Positions 43,723 through 52,955 of a stretch of 64,000 nt of DNA are shown here, in pieces (the first letter of the stretch is position 1; each line of letters begins with the position of its first letter). The notes beneath the pieces were generated by a model, which was not told the origin of the DNA, ran no database searches, and saw nothing but the letters and a program-made list of their open reading frames with translations. Source of the DNA: Nostoc sp. DedSLP01 (GTDB lineage Bacteria; Cyanobacteriota; Cyanobacteriia; Cyanobacteriales; Nostocaceae); NCBI GenBank assembly GCA_034530875.2, contig JAVRCJ020000034.1, positions 9,625-73,624 of the forward strand, given 5' to 3'. Made by a program: the position numbers and the translations under genes.

Positions 43723-44385
43723 TCAAGCCAACACTCGATAAACTTGACTCCAGTCAAGGCCAGGGGCTAGCGAAGCTATTTGCTGTCCATTGCTAAAAAG
43801 ATTACCAGTATTTGAATCGTAGCTCAAAGGATCAAAATCGGAATTAAAAGTTTCGTAAGCTGATATATTGTAATTTTTTACAGTATAATTTTTTCCGATA
43901 CCAGAGGTAAGTTTGAAATCTTTGCTGGGTTGAGCAACAGCAGGGGTAAGTTTTAAGTCTTTGCTAGATCGACCAAGAGCAGGAGTAAGTTGGAAATCTC
44001 TGCGGGATTGAGTAAGAGCAGGGGTAAGTTTTAAATATTTGCTCGATAGAGCGCGAGCAGCCGATTTCAACTCAGCGATACTTATATTAAAAATACCTTG
44101 CAAAACAACAGTATCAGACGATCCAGGAGGAAGGGTAGTAACTAAAAGTATATCTTCGCTAACTGAGAAGTCTGTAATTCGATCGATACCTCCACTTAAG
44201 TAATTCAGGACAAAGGTATCTCTACCACCACCACCAGTAAGAATGTCATTATCAGCTCCTCCCACTAAACGGTCTTCACCCGAACTGCCTATTAAAGTGT
44301 CATCACCTCGATAACCGTATATTTGATTACCTCCATCCGAAACTGCTAGCCAGTCGTTTCCAGAGGTGCCGTCAATCTTTGCCAC
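43723..44385 (-). CDS. Small RTX-type Ca2+-binding protein with internal 13-aa repeats
   Basis: GGxGxD-like nonapeptides, DRITDF; about four LTPA-containing repeats. Confidence 0.8.
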   Translation of the reverse strand: MAKIDGTSGNDWLAVSDGGNQIYGYRGDDTLIGSSGEDRLVGGADNDILTGGGGRDTFVLNYLSGGIDRITDFSVSEDILLVTTLPPGSSDTVVLQGIFNISIAELKSAARALSSKYLKLTPALTQSRRDFQLTPALGRSSKDLKLTPAVAQPSKDFKLTSGIGKNYTVKNYNISAYETFNSDFDPLSYDSNTGNLFSNGQQIASLAPGLDWSQVYRVLA

Positions 44386-44915
44386 TTTCTTTACTCCCTA
44401 AGAAATTAGTGATTTGACTGTTTACCTTGATTAGCGTCGGAGGTGAGCTAAATTTAGTTCAAGGTATAAAATAAGCCACTCCTATAACCACAAATTTCCT
44501 AACACTAACCTCTAGCATTCATAATGCTAGCATCAGGCTACTTCAAGTATACTACACGTCTCGAAAGTAATAATTGTCAACTTTTATATTTACCTCATTG
44601 GATGAATATTTATAGGAATAGTATTTGAGTTGTGAAGACTATTAGCAGTGGCTATTTACTATAAACAACCAACAGCTTATATGCAAGATTTCAGGAATTA
44701 TTTAGAACTGCTCTCGGATTTATCACAAAGGTTTAGACCATAAGCCCAAAATGCTTATAAAGCTTAGGCTTGAGATAAAATACTTTGCTAACTTACTGTC
44801 ACGATTTGCACAGCCTCCTAAGAGCTTAAACTCTAAGCTAGATAAAAATTTTAGCGATAACAACAGCAAAGCTTGCGATAAACCAGGTACAATATGTAGA
44901 AAATATAGCTGAAAT

Positions 44916-44947
44916 TATTTAGTACTTATTTAGTTAAGTACTAAATA
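44916..44947. promoter_or_regulatory. 13-bp perfect inverted repeat with a 6-nt spacer
   Basis: TATTTAGTACTTA-TTTAGT-TAAGTACTAAATA. Confidence 0.4.
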
Positions 44948-45858
44948 GAAAACAACAAGGTTAAATATTTTTAACCTGATACTGGGTAGCGATCGCTCAT
45001 CATTTTCGTAATCTTAAATTTGAAAATTTAGGAATTTTTTTGTTATTTTTTTTTAGTTGATTACGCAAGTGAAAATCGATCGGTTGAAAAATCGCTTATT
45101 TGGTTATTTACCAAATAATTGTCTTTTATCTAACCTAAATAAATATTTATCACTATTCTTAGTCTAGGTGACCTTCTTTACCCAATCTTAAAAATGTAAC
45201 TTTATGTAATATATTATATATCATTAAGCCTAATAAACTAAAGTTTTCTTTTTAAGAAAAATAATTTAGTTTATTTATTAAATAATTTGTGTACAAATTG
45301 ATTCGTGGCATCAATTCACGAAAATACATTGTTTTGGGCTTTTATCGCTTGTTCTTTGATGATAGACAAACCTGCGTCGTAGGTGTGCAGCAATGCTCAG
45401 AGGCGCTTGCATGATATTAGTTTGACGTTAAGTTGACACAGGTGAGCAATAATGTCAGCCTATGAAATATGTGGTTTTCAAGCTCCGCATATTTTGTATT
45501 TTGTGTTAATGCGTAAGTCCTAATACTTTGTTAACTTTCGCTCGTTTCTTGATGAAAACGCAATTTCTTATTGTGTCAGTAAAAATTTTGGGATATTATT
45601 TAGTATAAACTATAAGTTATTTTTATAAATTCAGCTAAGGATATCTTCGCTACAAGCAAGCATCAAGTTTATAAAATATTCATATAATGTTGTTAGTTGT
45701 AGGAAGCAGGAATAACAAACGCTCCGGTCTGCATACAGGTTCCTGTGTAAAAATGTCTATTTGTCATATCTTTTTTATTTAGTATATTTTTATACATGTA
45801 AGATCAAAAATTTCTAACAAAATCTATTGAGCTAGAAATTAACTATATTTTGGTTCGT

Positions 45859-46227
45859 CTAAGATTCACCGTATTCCATACCATTGGACTCGGCATAACG
45901 CTGCATAAATCGCATGAACCGTTCCCAATGTTCGTCGCGCTCGATTTCAAATTCACAGTCTACCCGCTGTAATTCATCCCCTTCTGGCCCGCCAAAAATA
46001 AATTTTGTCGAAGAAGGAGTGACACTAATTTCACCTTCTTCATCAGTTAATAGCAAGGAATTTAAAGCTTGTTTGGTAAAGCTATTGAAACCTTCCAAAG
46101 CTTGCAATTTATTAAATCTCATCAACACGGTACGTTTACCAGAAATGCGTCCGCGCCGCAAACTGACATTACTTAATTCTTCATAAATTCCAGCAAAAAA
46201 TTGGATTGATGGGTTGGTAGATGTCAT
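45859..46227 (-). CDS. psb28: Photosystem II assembly factor Psb28 (Psb28-2-like)
   Basis: SIQFF, LTDEEGEI, WERFMRFMQRYAESNG. Confidence 0.92.
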   Translation of the reverse strand: MTSTNPSIQFFAGIYEELSNVSLRRGRISGKRTVLMRFNKLQALEGFNSFTKQALNSLLLTDEEGEISVTPSSTKFIFGGPEGDELQRVDCEFEIERDEHWERFMRFMQRYAESNGMEYGES

Positions 46228-46262
46228 GATAAATACAAAATTAAAAATTCAAAAATCTCAAA

Positions 46263-47831
46263 TTATCTGGGAGGGTAATACTGGGGATTTATAATAGGAG
46301 TTTGATAATTATTTGCAGGTAAAGTACTTCCCATACCATTGGGTACAGGGCTAATAAAAGGAGTTTGATAGCTAGTCATAGGTACAGTGTTTGTATTACC
46401 GTTGGGTAAAACAGGATTAACAATTTGGGGTTGATAACCGCTGGTAGGCACTGTGGTTGAAGTATTGCTTGGGGTTACAGAATTTTGGCTAAACTCTTGG
46501 TAGGCAGCACGAGAAATTGAGCTAATCAGTTTTTCGGCGCTCGGGTCATTATTGGGGCGTTGTACCATGACAGCAGCTATGTAGCGCTTACCAGTGGGAA
46601 CGATAATTAAACCTGCATCTGCCAGCATTGTGCCAATGTCGCCAGTTTTGTGATATACTCTTGCTCCAGTTCCCACGCCTGATGGTAATAGTGAGTCTCG
46701 CTGGGTGCGGCGCAAAATATCGAGCATTAAATCGCGTGATGGCATACTGACTAAATTTCCCTGGCTGACAATTGCCATCAAATTCCCTAATTCTTTGGGA
46801 CTAGTAGTGTTTGTCCCTTCCAAGTCTGGTAGCTTATTGCGAATGGCTGTGGTTCTCAATCCCCAACTGCGAAAACGCTGGTTTAAAGCATCTATGCCTC
46901 CGAGTCGGGCAATCAGCATATTTGTGGCTGTGTTGTCGCTGATGGTAATCATTTTGGTGGCGACTTCCAAAGCTGCGTACTGGGTGCCGGCTGGTTTGTA
47001 CTGGAGATTTCCCGAACCGCCTGCGATCGCATCTTGCTGCATAGTCAGCATTTCATCGAGGCGAATTTTCCCGGTATCGACATCTTGGAAAAAGGCAATC
47101 AAAATCGGTATTTTGATTGTGCTAGCCGCAGGAAAACTGGTTGAGGCACTGATATCTACATAATTACCCGTATCCAAATCTACTAAAAAAACTCCTGACG
47201 TGAGATTTGGGTAGCTAGCGGTCAAATTTTGCACCGCATTTTTTAAGGAGGTCATTTCTTGAGATAACAATAGGCCGGAAGATGCAGCTGGTGCTGTAGT
47301 GGTGGGTTGCGGCTGCGATCGCGTCACATTAGTATTACTAGATTGAGGTGCGGAATTTGTGGTGATGCGATTAGCCGGGTCTAATATAGACAAGGCTGTA
47401 CCCACAATTGCACCCATGCCAACACCCACAATCAACAACCGGAGTAAATACAATATGGTTTTGGCCATTGGCTTTAACCGCGTTTTCCGCGATGAACGCC
47501 TGCCGATTTTTGGCTTTTCCATCCGCACTGTTTTAACTGTTGCAGCACCAGGTTGTAAGGGAGGAGTTTTTCCTTTGACAGTCGGTATTGGTTTGACTGC
47601 TGCTGGCATGACTAACTCCGATTTTACCCTGCGTGTAGCCGCTGGTATGGGCGCAGGAGTAATGCGATTTTTTGGGCGTGTTAGCGCCGTTTGTTTGCCA
47701 GTGGCAACTTGCTGCTGACCGTTAGCTTTTAGTTTCTTGGATACCACTTTTTGAACCTTTTGTGGACGCTGGCGGCGGTTTAGGGGTTGACGCCGCGAGA
47801 AAGCTGTTAGTTCGTCACTCGACTCTGACAC
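46263..47831 (-). CDS. Class A beta-lactamase-like serine hydrolase (cyanobacterial PBP-A type), membrane-anchored
   Basis: STIK, SDN and KTG motifs; short omega loop RNKLPDLEGTNTTSP; basic N-terminus plus TM; GTG start with GGAG RBS. Confidence 0.85.
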   Translation of the reverse strand: MSESSDELTAFSRRQPLNRRQRPQKVQKVVSKKLKANGQQQVATGKQTALTRPKNRITPAPIPAATRRVKSELVMPAAVKPIPTVKGKTPPLQPGAATVKTVRMEKPKIGRRSSRKTRLKPMAKTILYLLRLLIVGVGMGAIVGTALSILDPANRITTNSAPQSSNTNVTRSQPQPTTTAPAASSGLLLSQEMTSLKNAVQNLTASYPNLTSGVFLVDLDTGNYVDISASTSFPAASTIKIPILIAFFQDVDTGKIRLDEMLTMQQDAIAGGSGNLQYKPAGTQYAALEVATKMITISDNTATNMLIARLGGIDALNQRFRSWGLRTTAIRNKLPDLEGTNTTSPKELGNLMAIVSQGNLVSMPSRDLMLDILRRTQRDSLLPSGVGTGARVYHKTGDIGTMLADAGLIIVPTGKRYIAAVMVQRPNNDPSAEKLISSISRAAYQEFSQNSVTPSNTSTTVPTSGYQPQIVNPVLPNGNTNTVPMTSYQTPFISPVPNGMGSTLPANNYQTPIINPQYYPPR

Positions 47832-48004
47832 TGATACTCCTTGTGACCCACTGGACTGTTTTCTTGCAGACTCCTGACCCAAAACTTAACCTTCGAGCGA
47901 TGCGAACGCTCAAATTCCACTTTGCTACTACTAAGTAGCATTTTTGCGTTTAGTTTAATATTAAATATTTTGGGGGGATGATTGGGTATATATTAAACGA
48001 ATTA

Positions 48005-48745
48005 TTACAAGTTTTCACCATCCCTCTGGTTTTTCAGTGCCCATTCTACCTGGCGCAAAATTCCTCGTAGCATTGCTAATTCTCCAGTTTGCAGCCCAGC
48101 GCGATTATATAATTGGCGAAATTTTTCCATGCGACTAGCTGCGGTATGTGGATACAGATAACCAATTTTCAATAGTAATGATTCTAGTTGCTGGTAGTAT
48201 GTTTCCACAAGATCTAAAGACGCGAGTTCGGTTTGGGGAAAAGCTTGAGTTTGAGCCTGCTGGGAAGATTGTGACAATTCATAACAGCAGATTGCTACTG
48301 CCGTAGCTAAATTCAAGGATAGATAATTTTGACTTGTGGGAATGAAAACAAATCTTTGAGCATAATTTAGTTCTTCATTGCTTAATCCCCGGTCTTCTCT
48401 GCCAAAAATTAAAGCTGTGGGTTTTTCTGGTTCTTCTAGCAGCCAAGGTAGTGCGGTGCGGGGGTTTTCTAAAGGGATTTCCCAACTACGAACGCGACCT
48501 GTAGTAGCGATCGCTCTCACACATCCATACAATGCTTCTGGTAAGGTTGGCACTATAACCGCAGATTCTAAAATTTCTTTGGCATGGACAGCCATCATTA
48601 AAGCTTCAGCCGATAGCCGATCGCATTGGGGATTTACTAATACTAAATTATCTAGTCCGAAATTTTTCATTACCCTGGCGATCGCTCCGAGGTTTATAGG
48701 CCCGGCTGGCTCTACCAACACAATTCTTAATCCAGCCAAGCTCAT
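48005..48745 (-). CDS. trmJ: SPOUT RNA methyltransferase, TrmJ/LasT family
   Basis: IVLVEP...NLGAIARVMKNFG, FGREDRGLSNEEL, SLNLA. Confidence 0.88.
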   Translation of the reverse strand: MSLAGLRIVLVEPAGPINLGAIARVMKNFGLDNLVLVNPQCDRLSAEALMMAVHAKEILESAVIVPTLPEALYGCVRAIATTGRVRSWEIPLENPRTALPWLLEEPEKPTALIFGREDRGLSNEELNYAQRFVFIPTSQNYLSLNLATAVAICCYELSQSSQQAQTQAFPQTELASLDLVETYYQQLESLLLKIGYLYPHTAASRMEKFRQLYNRAGLQTGELAMLRGILRQVEWALKNQRDGENL

Positions 48746-48987
48746 TTTTTCCCTCCAGCGATCGTACTTGCAATTCCATAATTATGATATGGTGATTGTC
48801 ACTTCACTGAGAGGTTGTTTGAAAAGTAGTTGCTTGTGATTTTACTCACTTCTAGATCCCCCCTAATACCGTTTCACTTTAAGATTGATAGATTCAGGCA
48901 AGCAGGGGAAGCAGGGGAGCAAGAAGAATGATTTGTATCAATAATTTCGTGAAATAGTATGATCCCTTAGACTTTTCCCCTTTTTAA

Positions 48988-49157
48988 GGCTACGGTGTAC
49001 ACACATCTGTGTAGGAAACCAAAATCCTCGTAGATCCGTCATTATCCTCCTTAAAAAGGAAGACTTTGAGAAGTTTTTGCCCCCTAATTTATCGGGGGGT
49101 TGGGGGGATCGAAAGTCTAGGAGGCAACTTTAGAAGACTTGTGTGTACACCGTAGCT
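48988..49157. mobile_element. 170-bp MITE with 17-bp perfect TIRs and an 8-bp target duplication
   Basis: GCTACGGTGTACACACA ... TGTGTGTACACCGTAGC; CTTTTTAA at 48980-48987 and 49158-49165. Confidence 0.85.
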
Positions 49158-49586
49158 CTTTTTAAGGGCGCTAGGGGGATCGAGGTTTCAAGCTTCAATG
49201 GGTAAGTCCTATCAGCGATGTCTGCGTTTCAAAGCGTTCGCAACAAGTATACGACTTTACCAAGAAAGGCAGAAGTACGAAGGCAGAGGGCAGAAGGAAA
49301 GAATTATCAATAAAAACTTCAGTTGTGGGTATAAAGCCTACTTAAAAACAATAATTATACCGAGACTGCTTGCAGCGTTAGCGTAGCGGGGCGTAGCCCG
49401 GTATAAAGCGTCGTTGTTTCAATCCTACTCTTTTAAGGGTGGGTTGCCTTCTACCGGGAGCAATGCGATTTTGTGGGATGACCCCACCGGGAGAGCGATC
49501 GCTAAATCAATATTAAATATTTTAAAATAAATTGCTACACAATAAGTAGTAATATTACATAAAAAGTATAGGTCATATAAAAAGTC

Positions 49587-50371
49587 GGCGTTGCTGAATC
49601 CAAGTATGAATCATGCGATCGCCTCAAGCTTGCGGGCGCGTAGCGCCCGCAGCGCCACGGAACCGTACTTGAGATAATGTATGAGCAATCGAATAGATAG
49701 TTTAAGCATTTCCTCGGACTTGGAATAACAAAAGGTTTTACGATGAAGCCTAGCTAAATAATGTCTAAAACGGCTATTTTCGCCTTCTACTCTTGTCATA
49801 TAAGTTTTGCTTACAATCCGATCCTCATTGCTAATAAAACAAGGGTAAACTGGATAGCCATCTGTGACGTAAAAATAAGAATGCCAACAGTTTATTATCT
49901 GCCACAAAAGCTTAAAAGTGTCTTTACTTCTGTCTCCTAAAACCCAGACTATAACTCCTGAGACATGCTATGCTTATTTACTGCTGTCCACAACCAAACT
50001 TTGTTTTTTTTTACCTACAAAAGTTTCAAGTTCATCAACTTGAGTAATTTCTGGTATTTCATTATATTCAGGCGAATTAGGTAGGGTATTTCCCATCTCT
50101 CTAACCCAATTAATTACAGTCGTATGATGAACTTTATTTACTCGTTGAATTGCACGAAATCCTGAACCATTCACATACATCTCTAAACACTCTTTTTTTA
50201 TTTCTTCAGGGTAACCCTGCTTTTCATAAGAATCTATAAACTGACGCTCACAATTAACACATATGTGATTTTGTTTACTAAGCTTTTTACCATTCTTGCG
50301 GATATGAGTGGATGCACACCTTGGACATTTCATCGCGATCGCTCAAATTCATACTTCAATTATGCAACGCC
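49587..50371 (-). mobile_element. IS1-family element, probably inactivated
   Basis: TIRs GGCGTTGC-N6-AAGTATGAAT; InsA zinc finger (CPRC...CVNC) at 49974-50333; A9 slippery site; InsB motifs TDGYPVY and RHYLARLHRKT; extra 5-nt duplication at 49965-49974. Confidence 0.9.
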
Positions 50372-50483
50372 CAAAATTTTATTTGCCTGTTGCCTGCAAG
50401 CTCTGTAATTTCGTTAACTTTTGGTCAACTTATGGTTCATAATTTGGCCATTTTTTGGGGAAAAGCATACTATGATAGGCGAT

Positions 50484-50860
50484 CGCTACTCATTCCACCT
50501 GAGCAGCGTCCCATCCACACACGAGATACCCTAGTGCGGATACTTCGCCACCAGTTTCTCGATCGCAATCCGCACTCGCTGGATCGTCTGCCTAACATTC
50601 CATCAGAAAAACATCCCCAGGATTTTCGCGCAACTGTTCTGCCATCTTGAGCTTCTCCATTCTCCAAGACCGCACTTTCGATCCAATTTTTAACTTTTTC
50701 ATCCGCCAGGGTCACGCCTTTGTTTGACTGTGCTGCGATTGCCCCTCACTTGTGGTATTACTCCCGCACCGGATACCGCCGCATCATTTCGTGCAATCCT
50801 ACTGGTTCGCCATCCGGGGTATACACAATTTCCCCCGACATTGCAATCACAATCTGTAAG
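50484..50860 (-). pseudogene. Degraded 3' fragment of an unknown gene
   Basis: Protein-like segments on the minus strand (IAMSGEIVYTPDGEPVGLHE; MAEQLRENPGDVFLMEC; IAIEKLVAKYPH) broken by stops and frameshifts. Confidence 0.4.
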
Positions 50861-51123
50861 TACTATCACATTTTCGTGAAATGGTATGAGCGATCGCAGT
50901 TCAACTCTTGCCTTTAGTCACGTTATTGCAAGAGCTTAACCCAAGGTTTAATCAAACACAACGAGTCGTTAAATATTAATTTTTAAATTAACTCTAAACC
51001 AACAATGAAATGATATGAGCCAATTTTTTCTAAGCTTTATTTAAAAGTATAAATATTTTTAATATTAAATATTTTAAAGAAATTGTAAATTACTTTACTG
51101 TCCATTTATTTGCTAAGTAAACC

Positions 51124-52137
51124 ATGACTCGAAAATTCTGTCTCCACAACAAAACAATAGCTTTATACTTAGTAGTTCCATGCTCTTTGGTTCTAGCAGT
51201 AGTTAAACCACTGATTAGTAATGCTAATCAAGAATCAAAGCAAAAGTACGAGTATTATTCGTATTCTCTTCCTTTAGGAAAAGGTAATCTAAAAGAATCA
51301 CGGGTATCGAAACAGATAGCACCCGGTGTTACCCATACAGTTATTGTTAGAGGCGAACAATCAAAGAATGAAGTATACACAGTTGATGTCATATTTCAAG
51401 CTACTCAACAAGCGGCTCAAAATACTGCTAATCTATTGAAATCCCAAGGATACCAACCTTACATAAAACCAATATTACAAAGAGTACCAGATGATCCTGA
51501 ATCTAGTGTACTTGGTTATTTAGTCCGTGTTGGTGCTTTTAATACTGAAGCTCTTGCTGTGAATTTACGAGATCGACTGGCAACTATTGGATATTCAGGA
51601 CTGCGAGTTGTGAATACGGCAGAAGACGACGACCACACAACTGGCCCTTGGGTCGTGAATGTACTGGAAATAGACCTCCATCAGCCTCATTTAAAGATTA
51701 TTCCCGCACTCGCTAGCCCAATTGTCCCTGATAATGAACGTTTGACGCAGCTTTCTACTAGAACATCAGCTTTAGCAGCAGTGAATGGCGGATATTTTGT
51801 TATTGGAGCAAACGATGGTACTCCAGGGGACTTAGCAGGTATTTCGATTATTGACGGTAAACTGGTCAGTGAAGCAGTTAATGGTAGAACAAGCCTAATT
51901 CTTCCTGACAGTCTTGGTCGAGATGCTCGTATAACTGCTCTTAGCTCCAAAATTGTGGCAACTGCAAAAAATGGTGTAACAAGAGAGATAGATGGATTAA
52001 ACCGCAAGCCAGGATTAATTCGAGGTTGTGGTGGTGTAGGTGGAGACTTACCAACAGCAAAACCTAAGCATGACTTTACTTGCACAGATAGTAGCGAAAT
52101 GATTCAATTTAGTCTGTTACTTCATCGTGATTACTGA
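51124..52137 (+). pseudogene. Phosphodiester glycosidase (NAGPA/DUF2233-like) with a SPOR-like segment, 3'-truncated
   Basis: Signal peptide; YLVRVGAF; GPWVVNVLEID; AAVNGGYF; ends abruptly overlapping a convergent fragment. Confidence 0.7.
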
Positions 52138-52526
52138 ATCGGTGTTCTAGGGAAGGGATTTTCTTCAAGTGCGATCGCAACAGCAGCGTTTAGTTTTTCT
52201 GGTTCCTTGAGCAAGCGCAACAGTGAACGGGCTTGACGCTCGTTTTTGATGTGTTCCCCCAATTCATCAGCTGCGTCCCTAACTTTTTTAGCCCCTAGCA
52301 GTTGATTGATTCTGCGGTAGTCACCCCAGGCGGATAATTCAGCTTGGCAGTATTGCTCGAAGGTTTTGTAATCAGCTTCACGATAAAGTTGTTTTTCCCG
52401 CATTTGGAGTATTTCATCAACTGCTTGCCACTCAAAGCGGTCGATGGCAGTGAAGGTTTCTTTGATGCTGTCGTTAAGAATGCTATAGCTGGGTGCTGAT
52501 GTTGTTTCGCGGTCTAGTGTCAGCAT
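52131..52526 (-). pseudogene. Truncated plasmid/phage-type hypothetical protein
   Basis: QLYREADYKTFEQYC motif typical of mobile-element proteins; abuts other fragments on both sides. Confidence 0.55.
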
Positions 52527-52907
52527 GGCATTACCTGTATATGCTGCATTGGGGCAGGATGGCGTTATATTCTCTTACCAAACAAGAATACCGAAGAAGA
52601 AGAAACTCGACTTGAAGATGAAATCACACTGCTCTCACCACAGGAATTAAAGACAGTTTTAGAAGCAGAAATTAACAACCATCTGCGCCAAATTCAATTA
52701 CTGAAGCACGAATTAAAAGCAGTTGGAGTAGGTTTTGTAGCGGCTAACTCTACTAATGCAGAGACTACAGAACAGCCTGTAGAGCAGCCTTATCCATCTT
52801 TGTATGATTTATACGACTTCCAAAATTCTCTAAAATTAGACGAATCTAAAACTATAAACCAAATAGCTTCATCAAAAACATCAACCAGGGAACGCAACCT
52901 TGTATAG
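52527..52907 (+). pseudogene. Start-less 3' gene fragment (coiled-coil-like), absent from the ORF track
   Basis: 127 codons including the stop (GITCICCIGAGWRY...EEEETRLEDEI...RERNLV*); in-frame stop at 52515 upstream and no start codon. Confidence 0.55.
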
Positions 52908-52955
52908 CGATCGCTCGTCATGTTCGGAGTGCGAGCGTAAACTTCCAAACTCAAG

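Noticed and set aside
46263..47831. True beta-lactamase resistance gene
   Set aside because: The omega loop is short with no evident Glu166 equivalent, and it has a TM anchor; this fits the PBP-A-like family
49509..51085. AATATTAAATATTTTAAA repeated near 49509 and 51061 as island att sites
   Set aside because: Low-complexity AT sequence with a partial third copy near 47957, and no integrase nearby
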